This document shows positions 26,001 through 41,000 of a stretch of 64,000 bases of DNA, piece by piece; the stretch's first letter is position 1; each line of letters begins with the position of its first letter. The notes beneath the pieces were generated by a model, which was not told where the DNA came from, did not search any database, and was given only the letters and a program-made list of their open reading frames with translations. The DNA is taken from contig CAKKNE010000004.1 in the NCBI GenBank assembly GCA_918797485.1, positions 1,674,001-1,738,000 of the forward strand. Direction: 5' to 3'. The position numbers were made by a program, and so were the translations under genes. Source of the DNA: Pelagomonas calceolata (Eukaryota).

Positions 26001-29000
26001 GCTCCTGCCGGAGGCCAGTTGCGTCGACCCGCCGCCCCCGCTCGTCCCGCTCCCGACGCTCACCGTCGCCGCTCCGCCGCGGCCGGCGGTGCCCGATCCC
26101 GAGCCCAGCAGCACCGCGCCAGAGTTGCCGGTCTGCGACGTTCGAGCTAAAGACCAGGCGCCCGCTCGACCTGGCGCCTCCGGCGTTCCGCTCGCCCGCG
26201 CGCACGCGCGCCGCGCCGCCGCCGCTCGCCCTCGCCGCCCGTCGCCGCGCAGGCGCCTCCGGTCGCCGCGGTGCTTGCGCCACAGCGCGCGCAGACGGCG
26301 CCGCCCGCGCCGCTGGTGCCGCTGCCGACCGCCGCCGAGACCGCCGCCCCTCCCGCCGGTCGCGGCCAGAGCCAAAGCCCGCGGCCCCGCTGTTCCCGGA
26401 CTTGGACGTTCCCGAGGTAAACACCAGGCGCCCGCTGCCTCCGCTCGCGCCGCCTTTCGCGCTCGTCACCTCCACGGCGCCGCTCGACGCCGCTGTTCCC
26501 TCTCCTCCCAGGGCGACTGCGCGTCCTCCGGTCCCCTTTGCCCCGGCCCCGACCGCGTCGCGCCCGCGACGAGGGCCAGGCCACCTCCGGCCCCGGACGT
26601 CCCGCTGCCGCGGTCGCAACCGCGCGACCGCCGCGGCCCGCCGTCGCCGTTCGGAGCCCAGGACCGCGCCGCCGCTGTTGCCCGTCGCGCCGGTGCCCGA
26701 GCTGAACGCCAGACGTCCGCTACTACCGCCGCCGCCAGCGTTCGCGCGCGCGCGACGCGCACGACGCCGCTGCTCGTCCCGGCTCCGCGGCCCGAGGCCA
26801 CGCCCGCGCCGCCGCCGGTCGCTTCCGTGCTGGACCCGGCTTGCAACACAAGGACGCCGCCGGCGAGCTCGTCCGCTCCCGATCACGACTCGCACCGCGC
26901 GCGCCGCGACCCGCGGTCGACGCGCGCCCGCCCCGGCGCAAATCCGCCCGCTGTTGCCACCTTTCGAGGACCCCGAGGCGAACCTGAGCGCGCCGCTGGC
27001 GCCGGTCGCGCCCGCATTTGCGCTCGAGATGCGGATCGCGCCGCCGCTCGCCGCGGTGCCCTCGCCGGTCCTGGCCAGGACCGACCCTCCGCTCGTCGCC
27101 GCGCTCCCGCCGGAGGCCAGCTGCGTCGACCCGCCGCCCCGCTCGTCCCGCTCCTGACGCTCACCGTCGCCGCTCCCGCGCGGCCGGCGGTGCCCGATCC
27201 CGAGCCCAGCAGCACCGCGCCAGAGTTGCCGGTCTGCGACGTTCCGGAGCTAAAGACCAGGCGCCCGCTCGACCCGGCGCCTCCGGCGTTCCCGCTCGCC
27301 ACGCGCACGGCGCCGCCGCTCGCCGCGCTGCCCTCGCCGCCCGTCGCCCGCGCAGGCGCCTCCGGTCGCCGCGGTGCTCGCGCCACCCGCGCGCGCAGAC
27401 GGCGCCGCCCGCGCCGCTGGTGCCGCTGCCGACCGCCGCCGAGACCGCGCCGCCCCTCCCGCCGGTCGCGCCGCCAGAGCCAAAGCTCGCGGCCTGTTCC
27501 CGGACTTGGACGTCCCCGAGGTAAACACCAGGCGCCCGCTGCCTCCGCTCGCGCCGCCTTTCGCGCTCGCCACCTCCACGGCGCCGCTCGACGCCGCTGT
27601 TCCCTCTCCTCCCAGGGCGACTGCGCGTCCTCCGGTCCCCTTTGCCCGGCCCGACCGCGTCGCGCCCGCGACGAGGGCCAGGCCACCTCCGGCCCCGGAC
27701 GTCCCGCTGCCAGCGGTCGCAACCCGCGACCGCCGCGGCCCGCCGTCGCCGTTCGGAGCCCAGGACCGCGCCGCCGCTGTTGCCGTCGCGCGGTGCCCGA
27801 GCTGAACGCCAGACGTCCGCTACTACCGCCGCCGCCAGCGTTCGCGCCGCGCACGCGCACGACGCCGCTGCTCGTCCCGGCTCCGCGGCCCGAGGCCACG
27901 CCCGCGCCGCCGCCGGTCGCTTCCGTGCTGGACCCGGCTTGCAACACAAGGACGCCGCCGGCAGAGCTCGTCCCGCTCCCGATCACGACTCGCACCGCGC
28001 CGCCGCGACCAGCGGTCGACGCGCCCGTCCCGGCGCAAATCCGCCCGCTGTTGCCACCCTTCGAGGACCCCGAGGCGAACCTGAGCGCGCCGCTGGCGCC
28101 GGTCGCGCCCGCATTTGCGCTCGAGATGCGGATCGCGCCGCCGCTCGCCGCGGTGCCCTCGCCGGTCCTGGCCCGGACCGACCCTCCGCTCGTCGCCGCG
28201 CTCCTGCCGGAGGCCAGTTGCGTCGACCCGCCGCCCCGCTCGTCCCGCTCCCGACGCTCACCGTCGCCGCTCCGCCGCGGCCGGCGGTGCCCGATCCGAG
28301 CCCAGCAGCACCGCGCCAGAGTTGCCGGTCTGCGACGTTCCGGAGCTGAAGACCAGGCGCCCGCTCGACCCGGCGCCTCCGGCGTTCCCCGCGCCGCGCG
28401 CGGCGCGCCGCCGCTCGCCGCGCTGCCCTCGCCGCCCGTCGCCGCGCAGGCGCCTCCGGTCGCCGCGGTGCTCGCGCCACCGCGCGCGCAGACGGCGCCG
28501 CCCGCGCCGCTGGTGCCGCTGCCGACCGCCGCCGAGACCGCGCCGCCCCTCCCGCCGGTCGCGCGGCCAGAGCCAAAGCTCGCGGCCCCGCTGTTCCCGG
28601 ACTTGGACGTCCCCGAGGTAAACACCAGGCGCCCGCTGCCTCCGCTCGCGCCGCCTTTCGCGCTCGTCACCTCCACGGCGCCGCTCGACGCCGCTGTTCC
28701 CTCTCCACCCAGGGCGACTGCGCGTCCTCCGGTCCCCTTTGCCCCGGCCCCGACCGCGTCGCGGCCCGCGACGAGGGCCAGGCCACCTCCGGCCCCGGAC
28801 GTCCCGCTGCCCGCGGTCGCAACCGCGCGACCGCCGCGGCCCGCCGTCGCCGTTCCGGAGCCCAGGACCGCGCCGCCGCTGTTGCCCGCCGCGCCGGTGC
28901 CCGAGCTGAACGCCAGACGTCCGCTACTACCGCCGCCGCCAGCGTTCGCGCCCGCGCGCGCGCGACGACGCCGCTGCTCGTCCCGGCTCCAGCGGCCCGA

Positions 29001-32000
29001 GGCCACGCCCGCGCCGCCGCCGGTCGCTTCCGTGCTGGACCCGGCTTGCAACACAAGGACGCCGCCGGCGAGCTCGTCCCGCTCCCGATCACGACGCGCA
29101 CCGCGCGCCGACGACCCGCGGTCGACGCGCCCGTCCCGGCGCAAATCCGCCCGCTGTTGCCACCTTTCGAGGACCCCGAGGCGAACCTGAGCGCGCCGCT
29201 GGCGCCGGTCGCGCCCGCATTTGCGCTCGAGATGCGGATCGCGCCGCCGCTCGCCGCGGTGCCCTCGCCGGTCCTGGCCAGGACCGACCCTCCGCTCGTC
29301 GCCGCGCTCCCGCCGGAGGCCAGCTGCGTCGACCCGCCGCCCCCGCTCGTCCCGCTCCCGACGCTCACCGTCGCCGCTCCGCCGCGGCCGGCGGTGCCCG
29401 ATCCCGAGCCCAGCAGCACCGCGCCAGAGTTGCCGGTCTGCGACGTTCCGGAGCTAAAGACCAGGCGCCCGCTCGACCCGGCGCCTCCGGCGTTCCCGCT
29501 CGCCACGCGCACGGCGCCGCCGCTCGCCGCGCTGCCCTCGCCGCCCGTCGCCGCGCAGGCGCCTCCGGTCGCCGCGGTGCTCGCGCCACCGCGCGCGCAG
29601 ACGGCGCCGCCCGCGCCGCTGGTGCCGCTGCCGACCGCCGCCGAGACCGCGCCGCCCCTCCCGCCGGTCGCGCCGCCAGAGCCAAAGCTCGCGGCCCCGC
29701 TGTTCCCGGACTTGGACGTCCCCGAGGTAAACACCAGGCGCCCGCTGCCTCCGCTCGCGCCGCCTTTCGCGCTCGCCACCTCCACGGCGCCGCTCGACGC
29801 CGCTGTTCCCTCTCCTCCCAGGGCGACTGCGCGTCCTCCGGTCCCCTTTGCCCCGGCCCCGACCGCGTCGCGGCCCGCGACGAGGGCCAGGCCACCTCCG
29901 GCCCCGGACGTCCCGCTGCCAGCGGTCGCAACCGCGCGACCGCCGCTGACCCGCCGTCGCCGTTCGGAGCCCAGGACCGCGCCGCCGCTGTTGCCCGTCG
30001 CGCCGGTGCCCGAGCTGAACGCCAGACGTCCGCTACTACCGCCGCCGCCAGCGTTCGCGCCGCGCGACGCGCACGACGCCGCTGCTCGTCCCGGCTCCGC
30101 GGCCCGAGGCCCACGCCAGCGCCGCCGCCGATCGCTTCCGTGCTGGACCCGGCTTGCAACACAAGGACGCCGCCGGCAGAGAGCTCGTCCGCTCCCGATC
30201 ACGACTCGCACCGCGCCGCCGCGACCCGCGGTCGGCGCGCCCGTCCCGGCGCAAATCCGCCCGCTGTTGCCACCTTTCGAGGACCCCGAGGCGAACCTGA
30301 GCGCGCCGCTGGCGCCGGTCGCGCCCGCATTTGCGCTCGAGATGCGGATCGCGCCGCCGCTCGCCGCGGTGCCCTCGCCGGTCCTGGCCCGGACCGACCC
30401 TCCGCTCGTCGCCGCGCGCCCGCCGGAGGCCAGCTGCGTCGACCCGCCGCCCCCGCTCGTCCCGCTCCCGACGCTCACCGTCGCCGCTCCGCCGCGGCCG
30501 GCGGTGCCCGATCCGAGCCCAGCAGCACCGCGCCAGAGTTGCCGGTCTGCGCGTTCGGAGCTAAAGACCAGGCGCCCGCTCGACCCGGCGCCTCCGGCGT
30601 TCCCGCTCGCCACGCGCACGGCGCCGCCGCTCGCCGCGCTGCCCTCGCCGCCCGTCGCCGCGCAGGCGCCTCCGGTCGCCCGCGGTGCTCGCGCCGCCGC
30701 GCGCGCAGACGGCGCCGCCCGCGCCGCTGGTGCCGCTGCCGACCGCCGCCGAGACCGCGCCGCCCCTCCCGCCGGTCGCGCCGCCAGAGCCAAAGCTCGC
30801 GGCCCCGCTGTTCCCGGACTTGGGCGTCCCCGAGGTAAACACCAGGCGCCCGCTGCCTCCGCTCGCGCCGCCTTTCGCGCTCGTCACCTCCACGGCGCCG
30901 CTCGACGCCGCTGTTCCCTCTCCTCCCAGGGCGACTGCGCGTCCTCCGGTCCCCTTTGCCCGGCCCGACCGCGTCGCGCCCGCCCGCGACGAGGGCCAGG
31001 CCACCTCCGGCCCCGGACGTCCCGCTGCCCGCGGTCGCAACCGCGCGACCGCCGCGGCCCGCCGTCGCCGTTCGGAGCCCAGGACCGCGCCGCCGCTGTT
31101 GCCCGTCGCGCCGGTGCCCGAGCTGAACGCCAGACGTCCGCTACTACCGCCGCCGCCAGCGTTCGCGCGCGCGCACGCGCACGACGCCGCTGCTCGTCCC
31201 GGCTCCGCGGCCCGAGGCCACGCCGCGCCGCCGCCGGTCGCTTCCGTGCTGGACCCGGCTTGCAACACAAGGGACGCCGCCGGCAGAGCTCGTCCGCTCC
31301 CGATCACGACTCGCACCGCGCCGCCGCGACCCGCGGTCGACGCGCCCGTCCCGGCGCAAATCCGCCCGCTGTTGCCACCTTTCGAGGACCCCGAGGCGAA
31401 CCTGAGCGCGCCGCTGGCGCCGGTCGCGCCCGCATTTGCGCTCGAGATGCGGATCGCGCCGCCGCTCGCCGCGGTGCCCTCGCCGATCCTGGCCAGGACC
31501 GACCCTCCGCTCGTCGCCGCGCTCCCGCCGGAGGCCAGCTGCGTCGACCCGCCGCCCCCGCTCGTCCCGCTCCCGACGCTCACCGTCGCCGCTCCGCCGC
31601 GGCCGGCGGTGCCCGATCCCGAGCCCAGCAGCACCGCGCCAGAGTTGCCGGTCTGCGACGTTCCGGAGCTAAAGACCAGGCGCCCGCTCGACCCGGCGCC
31701 TCCGGCGTTCCCGCTCGCCACGCGCACGGCGCCGCCGCTCGCCGCGCCGCCCTCGCCGCCCGTCGCCGCGCAGGCGCCTCCGGTCGCCGCGGTGCTTGCG
31801 CCACCGCGCGCGCAGACGGCGCCGCCCGCGCCGCTGGTGCCGCTGCCGACCGCCGCCGAGACCGCGCCGCCCCTCCCGCCGGTCGCGCGGCCAGAGCCAA
31901 AGCCCGCGGCCCCGCTGTTCCCGGACTTGGACGTTCCCGAGGTAAACACCAGGCGCCCGCTGCCTCCGCTCGCGCCGCCTTTCGCGCTCGTCACCTCCAC

Positions 32001-35000
32001 GGCGCCGCTCGACGCCGCTGTTCCCTCTCCTCCCAGGGCGACTGCGCGTCCTCCGGTCCCCTTTGCCCCGGCCCCGACCGCGTCGCGGCCCGCGACGAGG
32101 GCCAGGCCACCTCCGGCCCCGGACGTCCCGCTGCCCGCGGTCGCAACCGCGCGACCGCCGCGGCCCGCCGTCGCCGTTCCGGAGCCCAGGACCGCGCCGC
32201 CGCTGTTGCCCGTCGCGCCGGTGCCCGAGCTGAACGCCAGACGTCCGCTACTACCGCCGCCGCCAGCGTTCGCGCGCGCGCGACGCGACGACGCCGCTGC
32301 TCGTCCCGGCTCCGCGGCCCGAGGCCACGCCCGCGCCGCCGCCGGTCGCTTCCGTGCTGGACCCGGCTTGCAACACAAGGACGCCGCCGGCGAGCTCGTC
32401 CGCTCCCGATCACGACTCGCACCGCGCCGCGACCCGCGGTCGACGCGCCCGTCCCGGCGCAAATCCGCCCGCTGTTGCCACCCTTCGAGGACCCCGAGGC
32501 GAACCTGAGCGCGCCGCTGGCGCCGGTCGCGCCCGCATTTGCGCTCGAGATGCGGATCGCGCCGCCGCGCTCGCCGCGGTGCCCTCGCCGGTCCTGGCCA
32601 GGACCGACCCTCCGCTCGTCGCCGCGCTCCCGCCGGAGGCCAGCTGCGTCGACCCGCCGCCCCCGCTCGTCCCGCTCCCGACGCTCACCGTCGCCGCTCC
32701 GCCGCGGCCGGCGGTGCCTGATCCGAGCCCAGCAGCACCGCGCCAGAGTTGCCGGTCTGCGACGTTCCGGAGCTGAAGACCAGGCGCCCGCTCGACCCGG
32801 CGCCTCCGGCGTTCCCGCTCGCCACGCGCACGGCGCCGCCGCTCGCCGCGCTGCCCTCGCCGCCCGTCGCCGCGCAGGCGCCTCCGGTCGCCGCGGTGCT
32901 CGCGCCACCGCGCGCGCAGACGGCGCCGCCCGCGCCGCTGGTGCCGCTGCCGACCGCCGCCGAGACCGCGCCGCCCCTCCCGCCGGTCGCGCGGCCAGAG
33001 CCAAAGCTCGCGGCCCCGCTGTTCCCGGACTTGGACGTCCCCGAGGTAAACACCAGGCGCCCGCTGCCTCCGCTCGCGCCGCCTTTCGCGCTCGTCACCT
33101 CCACGGCGCCGCTCGACGCCGCTGTTCCCTCTCCACCCAGGGCGACTGCGCGTCCTCCGGTCCCCTTTGCCCCGGCCCCGACCGCGTCGCGCCCGCGACG
33201 AGGGCCAGGCCACCTCCGGCCCCGGACGTCCCGCTGCCCGCGGTCGCAACCGCGCGACCGCCGCTGACCCGCCGTCGCCGTTCGGAGCCCAGGACCGCGC
33301 CGCCGCTGTTGCCCGTCGCGCCGGTGCCCGAGCTGAACGCCAGACGTCCGCTACTACCGCCGCCGCCAGCGTTCGCGCGCGCGCGCGCACGCGCACGACG
33401 CCGCTGCTCGTCCCGGCTCCGCGGCCCGAGGCCACGCCAGCGCCGCCGCCGATCGCTTCCGTGCTGGACCCGGCTTGCAACACAAGGACGCCGCCGGCGA
33501 GCTCGTCCGCTCCCGATCACGACTCGCACCGCGCCGCGCGACCAGCGGTCGACGCGCCCGTCCCGGCGCAAATCCGCCCGCTGTTGCCACCTTTCGAGGA
33601 CCCCGAGGCAAACCTGAGCGCGCCGCTGGCGCCGGTCGCGCCCGCATTTGCGCTCGAGATGCGGATCGCGCCGCTGCCGCCGCCGCGGTGCCCTCGCCGG
33701 TCCTGGCCAGGACCGACCCTCCGCTCGTCGCCGCGCTCCCGCCGGAGGCCAGCTGCGTCGACCCGCCGCCCCCGCTCGTCCCGCTCCCGACGCTCACCGT
33801 CGCCGCTCCGCCGCGGCCGGCGGTGCCCGATCCCGAGCCCAGCAGCACCGCGCCAGAGTTGCCGGTCTGCGACGTTCGGAGCTGAAGACCAGGCGCCCGC
33901 TCGACCCGGCGCCTCCGGCGTTCCCGCTCGCCACGCGCACGGCGCCGCCGCTCGCCGCGCTGCCCTCGCCGCCCGTCGCCGCGCAGGCGCCTCCGGTCGC
34001 CGCGGTGCTCGCGCCACCGCGCGCGCAGACGGCGCCGCCCGCGCCGCTGGTGCCGCTGCCGACCGCCGCCGAGACCGCGCCGCCCCTCCCGCCGGTCGCG
34101 CCGCCAGAGCCAAAGCTCGCGGCCCCGCTGTTCCCGGACTTTGGCGTCCCGAGGTAAACACCAGGCGCCCGCTGCCTCGCTCGCGCCGCCTTTCGCGCTC
34201 GCCACCTCCACGGCGCCGCTCGACGCCGCTGTTCCCTCTCCTCCCAGGGCGACTGCGCGTCCTCCGGTCCCCTTTGCCCCGGCCCCGACCGCGTCGCGCC
34301 CGCGACGAGGGCCAGGCCACCTCCGGCCCCGGACGTCCCGCTGCCGCGGTCGCAACAGCGCGACCGCCGCGGCCCGCCGTCGCCGTTCGGAGCCCAGGAC
34401 CGCGCCGCCGCTGTTGCCCGTCGCGCCGGTGCCCGAGCTGAACGCCAGACGTCCGCTACTACCGCCGCCGCCAGCGTTCGCGCCGCGCACGCGCACGACG
34501 CCGCTGCTCGTCCCGGCTCCGCGGCCCGAGGCCACGCCCGCGCCGCCGCCGGTCGCTTCCGTGCTGGACCCGGCTTGCAACACAAGGACGCCGCCGGCAG
34601 AGCTCGTCCCGCTCCCGATCACGACTCGCACCGCGCCGCCGCGACCCGCGGTCGACGCGCCCGTCCCGGCGCAAATCCGCCCGCTGTTGCCACCCTTCGA
34701 GGACCCCGAGGCGAACCTGAGCGCGCCGCTGGCGCCGGTCGCGCCCGCATTTGCGCTCGAGATGCGGATCGCGCCGCCGCTCGCCGCGGTGCCCTCGCCG
34801 GTCCTGGCCAGGACCGACCCTCCGCTCGTCGCCGCGCTCCCGCCGGAGGCCAGCTGCGTCGACCCGCCGCCCCCGCTCGTCCCGCTCCCGACGCTCACCG
34901 TCGCCGCTCCGCCGCGGCCGGCGGTGCCTGATCCCGAGCCCAGCAGCACCGCGCCAGAGTTGCCGGTCTGCGACGTTCCGGAGCTGAAGACCAGGCGCCC

Positions 35001-38000
35001 GCTCGACCCGGCGCCTCCGGCGTTCCCGCTCGCCACGCGCACGGCGCCGCCGCTCGCCGCGCTGCCCTCGCCGCCCGTCGCCGCGCAGGCGCCTCCGGTC
35101 GCCGCGGTGCTCGCGCCACCCGCGCGCGCAGACGGCGCCGCCCGCGCCTGCTGGTGCCGCTGCCGACCGCCGCCGAGACCGCGCCGCCCCTCCCGCCGGT
35201 CGCGCCGCCAGAGCCAAAGCTCGCGGCCCCGCTGTTCCCGGACTTGGACGTCCCCGAGGTAAACACCAGGCGCCCGCTGCCTCCGCTCGCGCCGCCTTTC
35301 GCGCTCGCCACCTCCACGGCGCCGCTCGACGCCGCTGTTCCCTCTCCTCCCAGGGCGACTGCGCGTCCTCCGGTCCCCTTTGCCCCGGCCCCGACCGCGT
35401 CGCGGCCCGCGACGAGGGCCAGGCCACCTCCGGCCCCGGACGTCCCGCTGCCCGCGGTCGCAACCGCGCGACCGCCGCGGCCCGCCGTCGCCGTTCCGGA
35501 GCCCAGGACCGCGCCGCCGCTGTTGCCCGTCGCGCCGGTGCCCGAGCTGAACGCCAGACGTCCGCTACTACCGCCGCCGCCAGCGTTCGCGCCGCGCACG
35601 CGCACGACGCCGCTGCTCGTCCCGGCTCCGCGGCCCGAGGCCACGCCCGCGCCGCCGCCGGTCGCTTCCGTGCTGGACCCGGCTTGCAACACAAGGACGC
35701 CGCCGGCAGAGCTCGTCCCGCTCCCGATCACGACTCGCACCGCGCCGCCGCGACCCGCGGTCGACGCGCCCGTCCCGGCGCAAATCCGCCCGCTGTTGCC
35801 ACCTTTCGAGGACCCCGAGGCGAACCTGAGCGCGCCGCTGGCGCCGGTCGCGCCCGCATTTGCGCTCGAGATGCGGATCGCGCCGCCGCTCGCCGCGGTG
35901 CCCTCGCCGGTCCTGGCCAGGACCGACCCTCCGCTCGTCGCCGCGCTCCCGCCGGAGGCCAGCTGCGTCGACCCGCCGCCCCCGCTCGTCCCGCTCCCGA
36001 CGCTCACCGTCGCCGCTCCGCCGCGGCCGGCGGTGCCCGATCCCGAGCCCAGCAGCACCGCGCCAGAGTTGCCGGTCTGCGACGTTCCGGAGCTGAAGAC
36101 CAGGCGCCCGCTCGACCCGGCACCTCCGGCGTTCCCGCTCGCCACGCGCACGGCGCCGCCGCTCGCCGCGCTGCCCTCGCCGCCCGTCGCCGCGCAGGCG
36201 CCTCCGGTCGCCGCGGTGCTCGCGCCACCGCGCGCGCAGACGGCGCCGCCCGCGCCGCTGGTGCCGCTGCCGACCGCCGCCGAGACCGCGCCGCCCCTCC
36301 CGCCGGTCGCGCCGCCAGAGCCAAAGCTCGCGGCCCCGCTGTTCCCGGACTTGGACGTCCCCGAGGTAAACACCAGGCGCCCGCTGCCTCCGCTCGCGCC
36401 GCCTTTCGCGCTCGCCACCTCCACGGCGCCGCTCGACGCCGCTGTTCCCTCTCCTCCCAGGGCGACTGCGCGTCCTCCGGTCCCCTTTGCCCCGGCCCCG
36501 ACCGCGTCGCGCCCGCGACGAGGGCCAGGCCACCTCCGGCCCCGGACGTCCCGCTGCCCGCGGTCGCAACCGCGCGACCGCCCGCTGCCCGCCGTCGCCG
36601 TTCGGAGCCCAGGACCGCGCCGCCGCTGTTGCCCGTCGCGCCGGTGCCCGAGCTGAACGCCAGACGTCCGCTACTACCGCCGCCGCCAGCGTTCGCGCCG
36701 CGCGCGCACGACGCCGCTGCTCGTCCCGGCTCCGCGGCCCGAGGCCACGCCAGCGCCGCCGCCGGTCGCTTCCGTGCTGGACCCGGCTTGCAACACAAGG
36801 ACGCCGCCGGCAGAGCTCGTCCCGCTCCCGATCACGACTCGCACCGCGCCGCCGCGACCCGCGGTCGACGCGCCCGTCCCGGCGCAAATCCGCCCGCTGT
36901 TGCCACCCTTCGAGGACCCCGAGGCGAACCTGAGCGCGCCGCTGGCGCCGGTCGCGCCCGCATTTGCGCTCGAGATGCGGATCGCGCCGCCGCTCGCCGC
37001 GGTGCCCTCGCCGGTCCTGGCCCGGACCGACCCTCCGCTCGGCGCCGCGCTCCCGCCGGAGGCCAGCTGCGTCGACCCGCCGCCCCCGCTCGTCCGCTCC
37101 CGACGCGCACCGTCGCCGCTCCGCCGCGGCCGGCGGTGCCCGATCCCGAGCCCAGCAGCACCGCGCCAGAGTTGCCGGTCTGCGACGTTCCGGAGCTAAA
37201 GACCAGGCGCCCGCTCGACCCGGCGCCTCCGGCGTTCCCGCTCGCCACGCGCACGGCGCCGCCGCTCGCCGCGCTGCCCTCGCCGCCCGTCGCCGCGCAG
37301 GCGCCTCCGGTCGCCGCGGTGCTCGCGCCACCGCGCGCGCAGACGGCGCCGCCCGCGCCGCTGGTGCCGCTGCCGACCGCCGCCGAGACCGCGCCGCCCC
37401 TCCCGCCGGTCGCGCCGCCAGAGCCAAAGCTCGCGGCCCCGCTGTTCCCGGACTTGGACGTCCCCGAGGTAAACACCAGGCGCCCGCTGCCTCCGCTCGC
37501 GCCGCCTTTCGCGCTCGCCACCTCCACGGCGCCGCTCGACGCCGCTGTTCCCTCTCCTCCCAGGGCGACTGCGCGTCCTCCGGTCCCCTTTGCCCCGGCC
37601 CCGACCGCGTCGCGCCCGCGACGAGGGCCAGGCCACCTCCGGCCCCGGACGTCCCGCTGCCCGCGGTCGCAACCCGCGCGACCGCCGCTGACCCGCCGTC
37701 GCCGTTCGGAGCCCAGGACCGCGCCGCCGCTGTTGCCCGTCGCGCCGGTGCCCGAGCTGAACGCCAGACGTCCGCTACTACCGCCGCCGCCCGCGTTCGC
37801 GCCGCGCACGCGCACGACGCCGCTGCTCGTCCCGGCTCCGCGGCCCGAGGCCACGCCAGCGCCGCCGCCGGTCGCTTCCGTGCTGGACCCGGCTTGCAAC
37901 ACAAGGACGCCGCCGGCAGAGCCGTCCCGCTCCCGATCACGACTCGCACCGCGCCGCCGCGACCGCGGTCGGTCGCGCCCGTCCCGGCGCAAATCCGCCC

Positions 38001-41000
38001 GCTGTTGCCACCTTTCGAGGACCCCGAGGCGAACCTGAGCGCGCCGCTGGCGCCGGTCGCGCCCGCATTTGCGCTCGAGATGCGGATCGCGCCGCCGCTC
38101 GCCGCGGTGCCCTCGCCGGTCCTGGCCAGGACCGACCCTCCGCTCGTCGCCGCGCTCCCGCCGGAGAATGGCTGCGTCGACCCGCCGCCCCCGCTCGTCC
38201 CGCTCCCGACGCTCACCGTCGCCGCTCCGCCGCGGCCGGCGGTGCCCGATCCCGAGCCCAGCAGCACCGCGCCAGAGTTGCCGGTCTGCGACGTTCCGGA
38301 GCTGAAGACCAGGCGCCCGCTCGACCCGGCACCTCCGGCGTTCCCGCTCGCCCGCGCGCGCGGCGCCGCCGCTCGCCGCGCTGCCCTCGCCGCCCGTCGC
38401 CGCGCAGGCGCCTCCGGTCGCCGCGGTGCTCGCGCCGCCGCGCGCGCGCAGACGGCGCCGCCCGCGCCGCTGGTGCCGCTGCCGACCGCCGCCCGAGACC
38501 GCGCCGCCCCTCCCGCCGGTCGCGCCGCCAGAGCCAAAGCTCGCGGCCCGCTGTTCCCGGACTTGGGCGTCCCGAGGTAAACACCAGGCGCCCGCTGCCT
38601 CCGCTCGCGCCGCCTTTCGCGCTCGCCACCTCCACGGCGCCGCTCGACGCCGCTGTTCCCTCTCCTCCCAGGGCGACTGCGCGTCCTCCGGTCCCCTTTG
38701 CCCCGGCCCCGACCGCGTCGCGCCCGCGACGAGGGCCAGGCCACCTCCGGCCCCGGACGTCCCGCTGCCCGCGGTCGCAACCGCGCGACCGCCCGCTGAC
38801 CCGCCGTCGCCGTTCGGAGCCCAGGACCGCGCCGCCGCTGTTGCCCGTCGCGCCGGTGCCCGAGCTGAACGCCAGACGTCCGCTACTACCGCCGCCGCCA
38901 GCGTTCGCGCGCGCACGCGCACGACGACGCCGCTGCTCGTCCCGGCTCCGCGGCCCGAGGCCACGCCCGCGCCGCCGCCGGTCGCTTCCGTGCTGGACCC
39001 GGCTTGCAACACAAGGGCGCCGCCCGGCAGAGCTCGTCCCGCTCCCGATCACGACTCGCACCGCGCCGCCGCGACCCGCGGTCGACGCGCCCGTCCCGGC
39101 GCAAATCCGCCCGCTGTTGCCACCCTTCGAGGACCCCCGAGGCGAACCTGAGCGCGCCGCTGGCGCCGGTCGCGCCCGCATTTTGCGCTCGAGATGCGGA
39201 TCGCGCCGCCGCTCGCCGCGGTGCCCTCGCCGGTCCTGGCCAGGACCGACCCTCCGCTCGTCGCCGCGCTCCCGCCGGAGGCCAGCTGCGTCGACCCGCC
39301 GCCCCCGCTCGTCCCGCTCCCGACGCTCACCGTCGCCGCTCCGCCGCGGCCGGCGGTGCCCGATCCGAGCCCAGCAGCACCGCGCCAGAGTTGCCGGTCT
39401 GCGACGTTCGGAGCTGAAGACCAGGCGCCCGCTCGACCCGGCGCCTCCGGCGTTCGCCGCCACGCGCACGGCGCCGCCGCTTCGCCGCGCTGCCCTCGCC
39501 GCCCGTCGCCGCGCAGGCGCCTCCGGTCGCCGCGGTGCTCGCGCCACCGCGCGCGCAGACGGCGCCGCCAGCGCCGCTGGTGCCGCTGCCGACCGCCGCC
39601 GAGACCGCGCCGCCCCTCCCGCCCGGTCGCGCCGCCAGAGCCAAAGCTCGCGGCCCGCTGTTCCCGGACTTGGACGTCCCGAGGTAAACACCAGGCGCCC
39701 GCTGCCTCCGCTCGCGCCGCCTTTCGCGCTCGCCACCTCCACGGCGCCGCTCGACGCCGCTGTTCCCTCTCCTCCCAGGGCGACTGCGCGTCCTCCGGTC
39801 CCCTTTGCCCCGGCCCCGACCGCGTCGCGGCCCGCGACGAGGGCCAGGCCACCTCCGGCCCCGGACGTCCCGCTGCCGCGGTCGCAACCGCGCGACCGCC
39901 GCGCTGGCCCGCCGTCGCCGTTCCGGAGCCCAGGACCGCGCCGCCGCTGTTGCCCGTCGCGCCGGTGCCCGAGCTGAACGCCAGACGTCCGCTACTACCG
40001 CCGCCGCCAGCGTTCGCGCCGCGCACGCGCACGACGCCGCTGCTCGTCCCGGCTCCGCGGCCCGAGGCCACGCCCGCGCCGCCGCCGATCGCTTCCGTGC
40101 TGGACCCGGCTTGCAACACAAGGACGCCGCCGGCAGAGCTCGTCCCGCTCCCGATCACGACTCGCACCGCGCCGCCGCGACCCGCGGTCGACGCGCCCGT
40201 GCCGGCGCAAATCCGCCCGCTGTTGCCACCTTTCGAGGACCCCGAGGCGAACCTGAGCGCGCCGCTGGCGCCGGCCGCGCCCGCATTTGCGCTCGAGATG
40301 CGGATCGCGCCGCCGCTCGCCGCGGTGCCCTCGCCGGTCCTGGCCAGGACCGACCCTCCGCTCGTCGCCGCGCTCCCGCCGGAGGCCAGCTGCGTCGACC
40401 CGCCGCCCCCGCTCGTCCCGCTCCCGACGCTCACCGTCGCCGCTCCGCCGCGGCCGGCGGTGCCCGATCCCGAGCCCAGCAGCACCGCGCCAGAGTTGCC
40501 GGTCTGCGACGTTCCGGAGCTGAAAACCAGGCGCCCGCTCGACCCGGCACCTCCGGCGTTCCCGCTCGCCACGCGCACGGCGCCGCCGCTCGCCGCGCTG
40601 CCCTCGCCGCCCGTCGCCGCGCAGGCGCCTCCGGTCGCCGCGGTGCTCGCGCCGCCGCCGCGCGCGCAGACGGCGCCGCCCGCGCCGCTGTGCCGCTGCC
40701 GACCGCCGCCGAGACCGCGCCGCCCCTCCCGCCGGTCGCGCCGCCAGAGCCAAAGCTCGCGGCCCCGCTGTTCCCGGACTTGGGCGCCCCCGAGGTAAAC
40801 ACCAGGCGCCCGCTGCCTCCGCTCGCGCCGCCTTTCGCGCTCGCCACCTCCACGGCGCCGCTCGACGCCGCTGTTCCCTCTCCTCCCAGGGCGACTGCGC
40901 GTCCTCCGGTCCCCTTTGCCCCGGCCCCGACCGCGTCGCGCCCGCGACGAGGGCCAGGCCACCTCCGGCCCCGGACGTCCGCTGCCGCGGTCGCAACCGC